DNA of 64,000 nt from Elusimicrobiota bacterium (GCA_016194705.1 JACQAZ010000046.1:2372-66371), one strand, 5' to 3'. Positions 8,721 through 18,787 are shown, counted from the first letter of the stretch. The notes: a model not told the origin generated them from the letters alone. Made by a program: numbers and translations.

Positions 8721-10036
8721 CGATCCAATTCTCCCGCGATCATGTTGACCGACCCGAAGGTCGGGATCACGTCGGCCACCCAGCCGCCGTTCAAGAGCTT
8801 GGGCAAGGCGGCCATGATGTAGAGGCACGGCGGGCGGCAGCGCACGCGCCAAGGGCGGTCGGCGCCCGACGAGACGATGTGAAAGCCGAGTTCGCCGTTG
8901 CCGCCCTCGACGGCGGAGTACGCCTCGCCGGCCGGGACCTTGATGCCCCAGGACCACATGACGAGCTCGAAGTGGTTCATGAGGCCCTCGATGGAGCCGT
9001 AGGCGTCCTCCTTGGCGGGCATCACGAAGATCGGGTCTTGCACGAGGACATCGGGCCTATCGCCGCGCTGGCCGCCCTGCAAGGTCTGGTCGACCTTCGC
9101 CTTGTACTTGGCCAAGAGGCCGGTCTCTCCGTGCTTGCCCTGGTCCTGGTACTCGAAGGCGTCCTTCATTTCCTTGGGCTCGAGAGAGTGCTTGCCCTCG
9201 GGCATCAGTTTGAAGCATTGCTCGACGATCCGGAGGGACTGCTCGATCTCCGCCATGCGGCACAGATACCGGTCGAAGTTGTCTCCCTTGGTCCCGACCG
9301 GAACCTCGAAGTCGAGCTTGTCATACCCGAGATACGGGTGCGCGCGGCGCACGTCGTAGGGCACGCCGGTCGAGCGCAGGAACGGGCCCGTGATGCCGTA
9401 GGACAGCGCCTCCTCTTTCGTGATCGCCCCCGTGCCGTCGACGCGGTCCATGAAGATGCGGTTCTTGGTCAGCAGCTTGTCGGTGTCGGAGACCGCCTCG
9501 CGGACCTTCTTGAAGGCCTCCGCGCACTTGTCGGGGAAATCCGCGGGCATGTCGGCCTTGACGCCGCCGACGCGCGTGTAGGAGGTCGTGATCCGCGCTC
9601 CCGTGAGCTGGTCGACGAGCTGGTAAAGGTACTCGCGGGCCTTGATCATGTAGAGAAAGGCCGTGAAGGCGCCGAGCTCCATCGCCGAGGCGCCTACGCA
9701 GGTCAGGTGGTCGGTCACGCGCGAGATCTCCGAGGCGATCACGCGCAGGTACTGCCCTCGCTCCGGGAGCGCGATCCCCGCGAGCTTCTCGACGGCCATG
9801 CAGTAGCCCGCGTTGTTGATCAGAGGTGAGACGTAGTTGAGGCGGTCGGTCCAGGGCACCACGTTGTTCCAGGTTTCCGCTTCGGCGTGCTTCTCGAAGG
9901 CGCGGTGCAGGTAGCCGATCTCGACGTCGGTCTTGACGATCTTCTCGCCCTCGAGTTCTAAGACGAGGCGCACAACGCCGTGCATGGCAGGGTGCGCCGG
10001 TCCCATGTTGAGCATGTAGGTCTTCTGTTCTCTCAT
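8717..10036 (-). CDS. nuoD: NADH-quinone oxidoreductase subunit D
   Basis: LNMGPAHPAMHGVVRL, GYLHRAFEK, DRLNYVS, GELGFHIVS and FGSVNMIAGELDR. Confidence 0.97.
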   Translation of the reverse strand: MREQKTYMLNMGPAHPAMHGVVRLVLELEGEKIVKTDVEIGYLHRAFEKHAEAETWNNVVPWTDRLNYVSPLINNAGYCMAVEKLAGIALPERGQYLRVIASEISRVTDHLTCVGASAMELGAFTAFLYMIKAREYLYQLVDQLTGARITTSYTRVGGVKADMPADFPDKCAEAFKKVREAVSDTDKLLTKNRIFMDRVDGTGAITKEEALSYGITGPFLRSTGVPYDVRRAHPYLGYDKLDFEVPVGTKGDNFDRYLCRMAEIEQSLRIVEQCFKLMPEGKHSLEPKEMKDAFEYQDQGKHGETGLLAKYKAKVDQTLQGGQRGDRPDVLVQDPIFVMPAKEDAYGSIEGLMNHFELVMWSWGIKVPAGEAYSAVEGGNGELGFHIVSSGADRPWRVRCRPPCLYIMAALPKLLNGGWVADVIPTFGSVNMIAGELDR

Positions 10037-10037
10037 C

Positions 10038-10526
10038 CTAGTCGTACTTGATCGTCGGCCTCACGACGTTGAATGAAGGGCTCTCGGGGAGTTCTCCCGA
10101 ATCCGGTCCGATCAGCGGCTGGCGCTTGGCGATCGGATAGTCCTTCCTCAAGGGGTGTCCCTGGAACTCCTCGTACATCAGCAGGCGCTTGATGCGCGGC
10201 CGGTCGGCGAAGCCCACGCCGAACATGTCCCAAACCTCGCGCTCGAGCCAGTCGGCGACGGGCCAAAGAGAAGCGGCCGATCTCAACACGGGCTCCTCGC
10301 CGACGCCGCAGTGCAGCTCGACGCGCCCGCCGTCCTTGCCGGTCTCGGCGTCGAGCTTCATGACCTGGTAGATCACGTCAAAGCGCTCGCCAATCGGAGG
10401 CTTCGGATGTCCGAGATAGTCGACGGCCGTCATGTCGACGAGCACATTGTAGCCCTGCTCTTTCAAGGCCTTGAGTTCCTCGACATTGTTGGCCGCGGCG
10501 CAGCGCCGCAGTTCCGGGGCGATCAC
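10038..10526 (-). CDS. nuoC: NADH-quinone oxidoreductase subunit C
   Basis: DMTAVDY, ADWLEREVWDMFGV.F and LLMYEEFQGHPLRKDYP. GTG start overlaps the nuoB stop. Confidence 0.93.
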   Translation of the reverse strand: MIAPELRRCAAANNVEELKALKEQGYNVLVDMTAVDYLGHPKPPIGERFDVIYQVMKLDAETGKDGGRVELHCGVGEEPVLRSAASLWPVADWLEREVWDMFGVGFADRPRIKRLLMYEEFQGHPLRKDYPIAKRQPLIGPDSGELPESPSFNVVRPTIKYD

Positions 10527-10999
10527 CTGCGTTTCCCCGCTTGCCTCTGGATCTTTTCCTGAAGCAACACCAGCCCCTGGATGACCGTCTCGGGCCTTGG
10601 AGGGCAGCCCGGGATGTAAAGGTCCACAGGCAAAATGGTGTCGATGCCCTGCACCGTCGAATAGTCGTTGTAGAAGCCGCCCGTGCAGGTGCAAACGCCG
10701 AAGGCCACGACCCATTTGGGCGAGGCCATCTGGTCGTAGATGCGGCGCAGGACGGGTGCTATCTTGTGCGAGATCGTGCCGACGACCATCAGCACGTCGG
10801 ACTGGCGCGGCGAGAAGCGAGGGAACACCGCGCCGAATCGGTCGAGGTCGTAGTGCGAGGCCGCGGTCGACATATATTCCATTCCGCAGCACGCGGTGAC
10901 GAAGGGGTAGTTGAAGAGCGAGTACTTGCGGCCCCAAGCGAGCGCCGCTTCAAGCTGGGTCGCGATCGTGCCCGCCGGGACGTAGTCGTCTACCGGCAT
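10523..10999 (-). CDS. nuoB: NADH-quinone oxidoreductase subunit B
   Basis: TACCGMEYM, RFSPRQSDVLMVVGT, GVCTCTGG and DLYIPGCPPRPE. Confidence 0.96.
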   Translation of the reverse strand: MPVDDYVPAGTIATQLEAALAWGRKYSLFNYPFVTACCGMEYMSTAASHYDLDRFGAVFPRFSPRQSDVLMVVGTISHKIAPVLRRIYDQMASPKWVVAFGVCTCTGGFYNDYSTVQGIDTILPVDLYIPGCPPRPETVIQGLVLLQEKIQRQAGKRR

Positions 11000-11343
11000 T
11001 CCAGCGCCCCCTTGCGCCAAAAATACGCGAGCATGAACGCGACCAGCGCGACGAAGGCCGACATCGTCAGCATCTGCGGGAGATCGACGGACCGCCGGTT
11101 GAGGGCCCACGGCAGCAGGAAGGCGAGGTCCACGTCGAAGACCACGAACAGGACCGCGAAGCGGTAATAGGGCACCGCCATCCGGTCGACCGCGGGCTCG
11201 ATCGGGACCTCGCCGGTCTCGTAGGGCATTTCGGCGTCGCCCTCGTGGCGCGGCTTGGGCCCGAACAGCCAGCCCGCGCATGAAAGGGCCAAAACGACGG
11301 CCGCTGTCAACATGACGTCGAGCCCGATCGCCATGGAGCTCAC
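10990..11343 (-). CDS. nuoA: NADH-quinone oxidoreductase subunit A
   Basis: PYETG, YYRFAVLFVVFDVDLAFLLPWA and YFWRKGAL. GTG 11343 overlaps the nuoN stop; alternative ATG 11334. Confidence 0.93.
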   Translation of the reverse strand: MSSMAIGLDVMLTAAVVLALSCAGWLFGPKPRHEGDAEMPYETGEVPIEPAVDRMAVPYYRFAVLFVVFDVDLAFLLPWALNRRSVDLPQMLTMSAFVALVAFMLAYFWRKGALECR

Positions 11344-12713
11344 GGCGCAAGCCACCCCGCCAGGCCGCCGACGAGCCACGGCGCCAGCCCCAGGACCGCG
11401 GCCGGGACCGCGCAGGCCCAGACGACGCCCGAGAACGCGGCGGAAACCTCGATCGGCGTCTTGGACGGAGCGCGGGACTCCTCGAAATACATGTCGCGGA
11501 TCAGTCCGAGATAGTAGCCCAGCGACAGCAGAGCGGCTAAGCCCGCGCCCGCGACCGGGGCCCAAAGCCCGGCCTTGACCGCCTCCCAGAAGATCAGCAG
11601 CTTGGCGAGGAACCCCGCCGTCGGCGGGATCCCGGCCAGGGCCAGGAGAAGGGCGGCAAACAGGGCGGCCTTGAGCGGCGCGCGCAGGGCGTAGCCTTTG
11701 AGTTCGGCGCGAGAGCCGATCCCCGAGGCCCTCAAGAACGCGAAGGCGCCGTTGCTCATGAAAGCGTAGGAGGCGAGGTAAAAGAACAGGGGAGCCGTGC
11801 CCGCGGGCAGCGCGCCCTGGGCCGCCCAGGCCCCGGCGCCAAGCACGAGGTTGCCCGCGTGCGCGATCGAGGAGTAAGCCAGCAGCCTCTGCAGGCGCTC
11901 CTGGCGTAGGGCCGAAATGGCGCCCACGACGGCCGTCAGCGCTCCCAGGGCCGGCAAACAAGCCGCGAACTCCGAGCTTGGGGTCAGCGCGAGCAGGCGC
12001 AGCAGCAGCAGCAGTCCCGCCGATTTCATCGAGGTCGACATGAGCCCGGCGAGCTCCGGCGAGGCCGCCTCGTAAGCATCCGGCAGCCAGAAGTGCAGTG
12101 GAACGGCCCCGAGCTTGAAGAGCGCCGCCACCCCCATCAATGCGACTCCCGCTTCGGCCATCGTTCCCGCCGCCCCGACCAGCGCCAGGCTCTTGGTGGC
12201 CGCGTAGTACAGGGCCATGCCCAGAAGAAACAGCGCGCCGGCCAAGCCGCCCGCGAAGAAATACTTCACCGCGGCTTCCTCGGCCTGGCCGCTTCTGCCT
12301 CCACCGCGAGACACTAGAAGATACGCCGGAAGCGACATGAACTCGAGCCCGATGAAAAGCATCAGCAAGTTTCCCGAGACCGCGAGCAAGGCCATGCCGA
12401 GCACGGAACCTAAGGCCAGCGCGGCGGGGACCTCGTCTTCCGCCAACGACAGGGCGTAGGGGACCGCTCCCAGATAGAACAGAAACTGCCAGGAGACGCC
12501 GAGCCCGTCGATGCGGATCAGAGGGCCGTACGCGCCGGGGACGGTCAGCCCGGCCAGGAGCGTCGAGGAGGCCAGCACGAAGAGCACGACGGCCCTGAGG
12601 AACCCGCGCGGCAGCCGCTGGGACATGCCCGCGGCCAAGGCGGCCAGGAGCCCCGCCCCCAGGCACAATTGAGGACCCAGACCGACGAAGGGGAATTGCA
12701 GCAAGGGGTTCAT
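11340..12713 (-). CDS. nuoN: NADH-quinone oxidoreductase subunit N
   Basis: FIGLEFMSLPAYLL, EAAVKYFF, FKLGAVPLHFWLPDAYE, RLLAYSSIAHAG and AGIPPTAGFLAK. ATG overlaps the nuoM stop. Confidence 0.94.
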   Translation of the reverse strand: MNPLLQFPFVGLGPQLCLGAGLLAALAAGMSQRLPRGFLRAVVLFVLASSTLLAGLTVPGAYGPLIRIDGLGVSWQFLFYLGAVPYALSLAEDEVPAALALGSVLGMALLAVSGNLLMLFIGLEFMSLPAYLLVSRGGGRSGQAEEAAVKYFFAGGLAGALFLLGMALYYAATKSLALVGAAGTMAEAGVALMGVAALFKLGAVPLHFWLPDAYEAASPELAGLMSTSMKSAGLLLLLRLLALTPSSEFAACLPALGALTAVVGAISALRQERLQRLLAYSSIAHAGNLVLGAGAWAAQGALPAGTAPLFFYLASYAFMSNGAFAFLRASGIGSRAELKGYALRAPLKAALFAALLLALAGIPPTAGFLAKLLIFWEAVKAGLWAPVAGAGLAALLSLGYYLGLIRDMYFEESRAPSKTPIEVSAAFSGVVWACAVPAAVLGLAPWLVGGLAGWLAP

Positions 12714-14146
12714 GGCAGCACCGCCGCCGCGGCGGCGCCCGAGACCAGGCGCAGCCAAGGGCCGGGGCAGAGGCCGATGAGGAGCATCAGCAGCGAGAGA
12801 CTCCACAAGAGGCCGCGCTCGCGGGAATCGAGGTCGGTGACGCGCGCGCTCGCCGCTTCGGGTCCGGCCGCGCCCCAGAACACTGCCTGGTAGGCGGGGA
12901 GCAGGTACGCGGCGGCCATGGTCACCCCGGCCACGCCGGCCACGGCGAGCGACGGCAGCACCCGCGTCATGCCGGCCAAGGACATGAACTCTCCGACGAA
13001 GCCATTGAGGCCCGGCAGGCCGATCGAGGCGAAGACCGAGAAGCCGAAGAAGAACGCGAGCCAAGGGGCGCGGCCGGCGAGCTCGCCAAAATCCGCGATG
13101 CCCCGCCGGTGCGAGCGCTCGTAGAGGAAGCCCACCATCAGGAACAGCGCTCCCGTCGTGAGGCCGTGGTTGATGAGCTGGAGGCTGCCGCCGGCGAGTC
13201 CCTCGGGCGTGCGCGAGAAGACCCCGAGCAGGCAGAAGCCGAGGTGGGCGACGCTCGAGTACGCCACCAGACGCTTGAGGTCGGTCTGCGCCATCGCGCA
13301 AAGCGCCCCGTAGATCACGTTGATCGCGGCGCACGCGCCCAGCCACGGCAGCAGCGAGCGGGAGAGCTCCGGGAAGGCCGGCAGGGCCACGCGCACGATG
13401 CCGTAGACGCCCATTTTGAGCAGCACGCCTGCGAGCATGACCGAGCCGGCGGCGGGAGCCTCGGTGTGCGCGTCGGGCAGCCAGGTGTGCAGTGGAACGA
13501 CCGGGACCTTGACGGCGAAGCCGATCATCACGGCCGCGAAGGTCGCCAAGGCCGCGGGGCCCGACGCTCCGCCCCTGAGCGCGTCCATGTCCCAGGTCCA
13601 CACGCCGGTCGTCTGATGATGGCGCGTCACCAAGGCGAGCAGGCCCAACAGCAGGAAGACGCTCCCAAAGAAGGTGAACAGGAAGAATTTTATGGCCGCG
13701 TGGCGCCGACCCTCCGAGCCCCAAAGGCCGATGATGAAGAACATCGGGATCAGCACGGCCTCCCAAAAGATGTAGAAAAAGAAGACGTCGCGAGCCAGGA
13801 AGACTCCCATCAGAGCTCCCTCGAGAAACAAGAACGCGGCCCAGTAGCCGGGAGAAAACTCCTGTTTCCAGGAGCCCAAGATCGAAATCACCGTCAAGAA
13901 AGCCGTCAGTCCGCAAAGCGCCAATGACAGGCCGTCCACGCCCAAGCGGTAGCGGATTCCCCACGCCCAAACGGGGCCGGCCTCGGACAGGGACGAGAGA
14001 GCATCGAGCCGGAGGAGCGGCAGCGCGCAGGCCAAAAGGACCAGGACGGAGAAGCCGAGCGCGGCGCCGCGGGGATCCTTGCGCCAGCCCAAGGCCGCGA
14101 AGCCTCCGAGCACCGGCAGCGCCCAGAGGGCGGTGAGCAGCCTCAT
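12710..14146 (-). CDS. nuoM: NADH-quinone oxidoreductase subunit M
   Basis: LGVDGLS, FYIFWEAVLIPMF, FAVKVPVVPLHTWLPDAHTEAP, KRLVAYSSVAH and GLPGLNGFVGE. ATG overlaps the nuoL stop. Confidence 0.96.
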   Translation of the reverse strand: MRLLTALWALPVLGGFAALGWRKDPRGAALGFSVLVLLACALPLLRLDALSSLSEAGPVWAWGIRYRLGVDGLSLALCGLTAFLTVISILGSWKQEFSPGYWAAFLFLEGALMGVFLARDVFFFYIFWEAVLIPMFFIIGLWGSEGRRHAAIKFFLFTFFGSVFLLLGLLALVTRHHQTTGVWTWDMDALRGGASGPAALATFAAVMIGFAVKVPVVPLHTWLPDAHTEAPAAGSVMLAGVLLKMGVYGIVRVALPAFPELSRSLLPWLGACAAINVIYGALCAMAQTDLKRLVAYSSVAHLGFCLLGVFSRTPEGLAGGSLQLINHGLTTGALFLMVGFLYERSHRRGIADFGELAGRAPWLAFFFGFSVFASIGLPGLNGFVGEFMSLAGMTRVLPSLAVAGVAGVTMAAAYLLPAYQAVFWGAAGPEAASARVTDLDSRERGLLWSLSLLMLLIGLCPGPWLRLVSGAAAAAVLP

Positions 14147-16011
14147 CTCACCACCGTCCACAGAAGAACCGACGTGCCCGCCAGCATCCACCAAAGATAG
14201 TCGTTGAGGCTCCCCGTGGCGAGCGCGCAGGCCAGGTCGGCCGCGCCGCTGGCAAAGTCGGCCGTCGACTCGACGATGCCGTCCCAAATCCCCTTGTCCC
14301 AGAGTCCGCCGACGGCGTCGGCGCCGATGCGCACGCCATGGGCGAGCAGCGCCACGACCGTCTTCCAGCCGAGGTCCGACTCGAAGGCCGCCTCGAGCTC
14401 GGGCATGCGCGAGCGCCACTGCCAGTCCCAGGACGGCAGGCCCATCGTGAGCCAGTAGGCGGCCCCGGCTCCCGCCAGGGCGGCGGCGGTGCCCCAGATG
14501 GCCATGGGCCAGTCGAAGGCGGGCAGCGCCTCGACGCCCGCGCGCAAAGGCCAGCCGACATTGATCAGGCGCGAGAAGCCGTCTTGGAGCCAGCCGACGC
14601 CCAAAGCGCCGAGCGTGAGGAAGAGAACGGGAACCGCCATGATCGGCGGCGCGTCGTGCGCGTGCTCGCCTCGGCGCTTCTGCTCGGCGCGCCGGCCGAA
14701 GAAGGTCAGAAACAACATGCGGAAGATGTAGAAGGCGCTGCCCGCGGCGATGGCCAGCCCCGCCGCGAAGGCGGCCGGACCGTGGCGGCGCGCTTCGTGC
14801 AGGATCGCGTCCTTGCTGAAGAAGCCCGCGAAGGGCCCGATCCCCGAGAGCGAGAGCGCCGCGGCCGCGAAGCAGAAGAAGGTCAGCGGCATCGCACGCC
14901 TCATGTCGCCGACGTCGTCGACGGAGGCCGTGCTCTGATGCAGGGCGTGGGCGATGTTGCCGGCGCAAAGGAAGAGGACCGCCTTGAAGAAGCCGTGCGT
15001 GATCAGGTGGAAGATCGCCGGGCCCACCGCGCCCAGGCCTAGGGCGAAGGCCATGAGCCCGAGGTGGCTGACCGTCGAGTAGGCGAGGATGCGCTTGAGA
15101 TCGGTCTTGGTGCCCGCGACGATCGCCGCCCCGATCGCGGTGAACGCTCCGACGCAGGCGATCAGCTCGGGCAGGCCCGGCACGGAGACGACGATGGGCC
15201 AAGAACGCGCCAGCAGGAAGATCCCGGCCGTGACCATGGTGGCGGCGTGCATCAAGGCGGACACCGGGGTCGGCCCTTCCATGGCGTCGGGCAGCCAGAA
15301 ATACAGAGGGAACTGGGCCGACTTGGCCGAGGCCGCCCAGAACAAGAGGACGCCCGTCAGTCCGAGCAGCTTCGGTTCGGCCGTCGAGATCAGCGGAAAG
15401 ACGTAGGAGAAGCGCGCACCGCCCGGGCCGAAGAGCAGGAGCAGCAGGAGCACGGCGAGCATGAGCCCGAAATCGCCGACGCGGTTGGTCATGAAGGCCT
15501 GCAGTGCCGCCCTTCGAGCCGTCTCCTTGTGGTACCAGAACCCGATGAGCAGATAGGAAGCGACGCCGACGAGCTCCCAGAACAAGTAGAGCTGGACGTA
15601 GTTGTTCGAGACCAGAAGCCCGATCATCGCGAGATAAAAAAGGTGGAAGTAGAGGAAGAAGCGCGAGAAGTCCGGGTCCTCGGCCATGTACCCGCAGGCG
15701 TAGAGGTGGATCAGGCCGCCGACGAAAGACACCATGGCGAGCACGCTGGCGGAGAGCCCGTCGATGCGGACGCCAAACGAGATCTTCCAGGAGCCCGCGG
15801 TAAGCCAAGTGAACGCGTCCTGGTCGAGCTCCCAGCCCGTGTAGGCTCGGGAGGCGAGCCAGACGCTCGCCGCCGTCACGAGCGCGCAGGAGATCAGGAT
15901 CGGAACGTGAGTCAACGAGGGCTTGAGCGGACGCACGATGAGAAAGCCGACGAGTAAGGCCGCCACGGGAGCGGCGAAGAGGACGACGACGGCCAGCGGG
16001 AGAGCCGCCAT
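14143..16011 (-). CDS. nuoL: NADH-quinone oxidoreductase subunit L
   Basis: YMAEDP..SRFF, WELVGVASYLLIGFW, KSAQFPLYFWLPDAMEGPTPVSALMHAATMV and HGFFKA.LFL. ATG 16011 overlaps the nuoK stop (TGATG). Confidence 0.96.
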   Translation of the reverse strand: MAALPLAVVVLFAAPVAALLVGFLIVRPLKPSLTHVPILISCALVTAASVWLASRAYTGWELDQDAFTWLTAGSWKISFGVRIDGLSASVLAMVSFVGGLIHLYACGYMAEDPDFSRFFLYFHLFYLAMIGLLVSNNYVQLYLFWELVGVASYLLIGFWYHKETARRAALQAFMTNRVGDFGLMLAVLLLLLLFGPGGARFSYVFPLISTAEPKLLGLTGVLLFWAASAKSAQFPLYFWLPDAMEGPTPVSALMHAATMVTAGIFLLARSWPIVVSVPGLPELIACVGAFTAIGAAIVAGTKTDLKRILAYSTVSHLGLMAFALGLGAVGPAIFHLITHGFFKAVLFLCAGNIAHALHQSTASVDDVGDMRRAMPLTFFCFAAAALSLSGIGPFAGFFSKDAILHEARRHGPAAFAAGLAIAAGSAFYIFRMLFLTFFGRRAEQKRRGEHAHDAPPIMAVPVLFLTLGALGVGWLQDGFSRLINVGWPLRAGVEALPAFDWPMAIWGTAAALAGAGAAYWLTMGLPSWDWQWRSRMPELEAAFESDLGWKTVVALLAHGVRIGADAVGGLWDKGIWDGIVESTADFASGAADLACALATGSLNDYLWWMLAGTSVLLWTVVR

Positions 16012-16307
16012 CAGCCGCGCAGCTCCTGCAGCCGCCCCGCGTCGACGGGGCGGCCCGACTGGTAGACCCTCAGGATCAAAGAGAGGCCGACCACGGCCTC
16101 GGCCGCGGCCACGGCCAGGATCAGCAGGACCGCGGCCAGGACCTCGGCGTCGCAGAACAGGCCCGCGTGATAGACCAAGGCGAGGTTGGCCGCGCTGATC
16201 ATGAGCTCGAGGCCCAGGAGCATCGCGATGAGCTGGCGGCGCAGCACGACCAGCAGCAGCCCCGCCGCGAACAAGAACAGGACGACGCCCCAAAGAGACG
16301 CGGTCAT
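16011..16307 (-). CDS. nuoK: NADH-quinone oxidoreductase subunit K
   Basis: 98 aa; LIAMLLGLELMISAANL and VAAAEAVVGLSL. ATG overlaps the nuoJ stop. Confidence 0.92.
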   Translation of the reverse strand: MTASLWGVVLFLFAAGLLLVVLRRQLIAMLLGLELMISAANLALVYHAGLFCDAEVLAAVLLILAVAAAEAVVGLSLILRVYQSGRPVDAGRLQELRG

Positions 16308-16786
16308 CGCGCCCTCCGCTCGACGATGGCCAAGCCCGCCAGGAACATCAAGACGGTGACGACCTCGGTCGCGACGGCGTACGGGCCGAAAAGCACCGGC
16401 CCGAGCTGTGACTGCACGGCCAGCGCGCCGCCCACCGAGCCCTCGGGCAGGGCCCCGCGCCATAGGATGACGGCGGTCTCGACGAGAGGGACCACGATCA
16501 CGGCCGCGGCGAAGGGCTTGGGCAAGGACAGCGGGGTCTCGCCCCCGGTCTCGAGAGCGGGGGCCGCCATGATCATGATCACGATGAGCACCATGACCGC
16601 TCCGGCGTAGATCATGACCTGGAGAAAGGCCAGCATCGGGGCGCCCGCGAAGAAAAAGAAGACGGCGGCCTGGAAGAGGACGACGAGCTGGCAGACCGCG
16701 CTCACGTACAGCGAGCGGCTGAACAGCATCAGGGCGGCAAAGACGCAGGCCGTGACGCCGGCGACAAGCATCGCGAAATGTGCCAT
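16304..16786 (-). CDS. nuoJ: NADH-quinone oxidoreductase subunit J
   Basis: AFLQVMIYAGAVMVLIV.MIM motif; hydrophobic 160 aa. Confidence 0.92.
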   Translation of the reverse strand: MAHFAMLVAGVTACVFAALMLFSRSLYVSAVCQLVVLFQAAVFFFFAGAPMLAFLQVMIYAGAVMVLIVIMIMAAPALETGGETPLSLPKPFAAAVIVVPLVETAVILWRGALPEGSVGGALAVQSQLGPVLFGPYAVATEVVTVLMFLAGLAIVERRAR

Positions 16787-16797
16787 TTGTCGCGGTA

Positions 16798-16826
16798 ATT
16801 CTAGGATTTTTAGGGAGCCCGGTAAA
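16798..16826 (-). promoter_or_regulatory. Putative sigma70 promoter of the nuo operon (TTTACC-17-TAGAAT)
   Basis: Minus-strand TTTACC (16826-16821), 17-nt spacer, TAGAAT (16803-16798), ending 11 nt before the nuoJ ATG in an AT-rich gap. Confidence 0.55.
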
Positions 16827-16834
16827 GCGCGCCG

Positions 16835-18118
16835 CTACTCGTAATGCAGGGCTTCGACCGGGTCGAGTTTGGAGGCCTGGCTGGCGGGATAAAGCGCGAA
16901 GACAAAACCCGTGCCGACCGCGATGAGCACGGTGAAAAGGAAGTGCGAGGGCGCCATGCTGTACATGTCCCGCTCGGCGTGGCGCGAAAGATACATCACG
17001 CCCCCGGCCCCCAAGCCAAGGCCGGCGATCCCCCCCATCAAGCCCAAGGCCATGGCCTCGACGAGGAACTGCATCATGATGTCGCCCCGAGTGGCGCCGA
17101 CGGCGCGGCGTATGCCGATCTCCTTGATGCGCGAGTAAATCGTCGCCAAGGTCACGTTCATGATGCCGATGCCGCCCGCCAGGATCGCGACGATCCCGAT
17201 GGCGAGGATCGCGACGACATATTGATGAATCTGGTTTAGGATGCCCTGGATATCCTCCCGGTTATCCTTGATGTCGTAGTCGACCTCGCCGCGATGGCGC
17301 GCCTTGATGAACTCGTCGATGCGCCGCTTGTAGAGCGGGATCGTTTTCTCGTCTCCCGTGTCGATCTCGACGCGATTGACATGACGGACCACCGACTGCC
17401 TCGACTGAAAGGACAGAGTGCGCTGGTATGTCGTGATGGGGACGAGTATCGTTCCGCTGCCGCCGTAGCTGTTTGTTTCCCAGCGCGGGTCCTTGTCCCG
17501 CGGCGGCTCCTTGATGATCCCGACGACGGTGAAGAGGTGGTCGCCGAGCTTCACGGTCTGGCCGAGCAGATCGCGCCGCTTGAGCATGTCGCCGAAATCG
17601 GAGTCGTGGAAGTACTTGGCCCACCACGGCTTCTCTACCCAGCCCCCGGGCTGTACGATGACGCAGACGCGCGCGCCTTGTCGAACGTCCTCCGAATTGA
17701 TGAAGCGCCCGCGCTGGCGGTAGACCCAATCGCGCTTGACCCACTCCTCCGTGATGCCCGTGGCGAGGAGGTCCTCGTTGTGATAATCTTGAAACCTGAA
17801 ATGCTGCCCATACCCGCGCACGAGCGGGTTGACCATGTAGAGTTCGGGCATGGTCCGACGGATCTCTTCGGCGTCGTCCGAGGTCAGCCCGGGGGAGAGC
17901 CCTTTGGAGACGTAGTTCTCCTTCTTCTCGATATAGATGCGGCCCGGTCCCATCAGGAGCAGGTTCTCATCGATCATCTTGTGCATGCCGCGGATCTGGG
18001 CGAACGTGTAGAGGATCGCGGCCGTGCCGATCGTGATGGCAAAGAAGCTCAAGAACGACCGCATCTTGTTCGACGATATCTCGAGCCACGCCGTGCGCAG
18101 GGCCTCCCAGAGGTTCAC
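16835..18118 (-). CDS. ABC transporter permease, MacB/FtsX family
   Basis: NKMRSFLSFFAITIG, periplasmic MacB-like core, GGIGIMNVTLATIYSRIKEIGIRRAVGA and YPASQASKLDPVEALHYE. GTG start overlaps the ATPase stop. Confidence 0.92.
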   Translation of the reverse strand: MNLWEALRTAWLEISSNKMRSFLSFFAITIGTAAILYTFAQIRGMHKMIDENLLLMGPGRIYIEKKENYVSKGLSPGLTSDDAEEIRRTMPELYMVNPLVRGYGQHFRFQDYHNEDLLATGITEEWVKRDWVYRQRGRFINSEDVRQGARVCVIVQPGGWVEKPWWAKYFHDSDFGDMLKRRDLLGQTVKLGDHLFTVVGIIKEPPRDKDPRWETNSYGGSGTILVPITTYQRTLSFQSRQSVVRHVNRVEIDTGDEKTIPLYKRRIDEFIKARHRGEVDYDIKDNREDIQGILNQIHQYVVAILAIGIVAILAGGIGIMNVTLATIYSRIKEIGIRRAVGATRGDIMMQFLVEAMALGLMGGIAGLGLGAGGVMYLSRHAERDMYSMAPSHFLFTVLIAVGTGFVFALYPASQASKLDPVEALHYE

Positions 18119-18786
18119 CCGTGCCCCCCGTCGAGCTTTCCGTCCTTGAGACGGATCACGCGGTCGGCGTTCTTGGCGATCCCTATGTCGTGCGTCACCA
18201 GTACGACGGTCATGCCCTCCTTGTTGAGCTCGCGGAAAAGAGAGATGATCTCGACGCTGGACTTCGAGTCGAGGTTTCCCGTCGGCTCGTCGGCCAGAAG
18301 AAGGCCAGGGTTGTTCGCCAGGGCACGAGCGATGCCCACGCGCTGGCGCTCGCCGCCGGAGAGCTCGAGCGGCGTGTTGAGGACCTTCGTCGAGAGGCCG
18401 ACGCGGTCGAGCAGCTCGACGGCGCGCAACTCCCGCTCGACGCGTCCGACGCCGGCGTAGCCCATCGGCAGGCATACGTTTTCGAGGGCGGAGTGCCGCA
18501 CCAGCAGATTGAAGGCCTGGAAGACGAAGCCGATGCTCTTGCGCCGCAGGCGCGTGCTGTCCGCGTCCGAGAGATGCTCGGCGGGATGTCCGAGAATCGC
18601 GAGCTTGCCGGAGGTCGGCTTGGCGAGCAGGCCGAGCAGGTGCATGAGCGTGGACTTGCCGCAGCCCGAGGGTCCCGTGATCGCGACGAACTCGCCGTCC
18701 TTGATCGAGAAGGAGACTCCGCGAAGGGCTTGAAAAGCGGCGGTTCCCTCGCCGTAGACCTTGGTCAGCTCAGCGCATTCGATCAT
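18115..18786 (-). CDS. ABC transporter ATP-binding protein, MacB/LolD-like
   Basis: Walker A GPSGCGKST, signature LSGGERQRV, Walker B LLLADEPTGNLD and VTHD. Confidence 0.96.
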   Translation of the reverse strand: MIECAELTKVYGEGTAAFQALRGVSFSIKDGEFVAITGPSGCGKSTLMHLLGLLAKPTSGKLAILGHPAEHLSDADSTRLRRKSIGFVFQAFNLLVRHSALENVCLPMGYAGVGRVERELRAVELLDRVGLSTKVLNTPLELSGGERQRVGIARALANNPGLLLADEPTGNLDSKSSVEIISLFRELNKEGMTVVLVTHDIGIAKNADRVIRLKDGKLDGGHG

Positions 18787-18787
18787 T

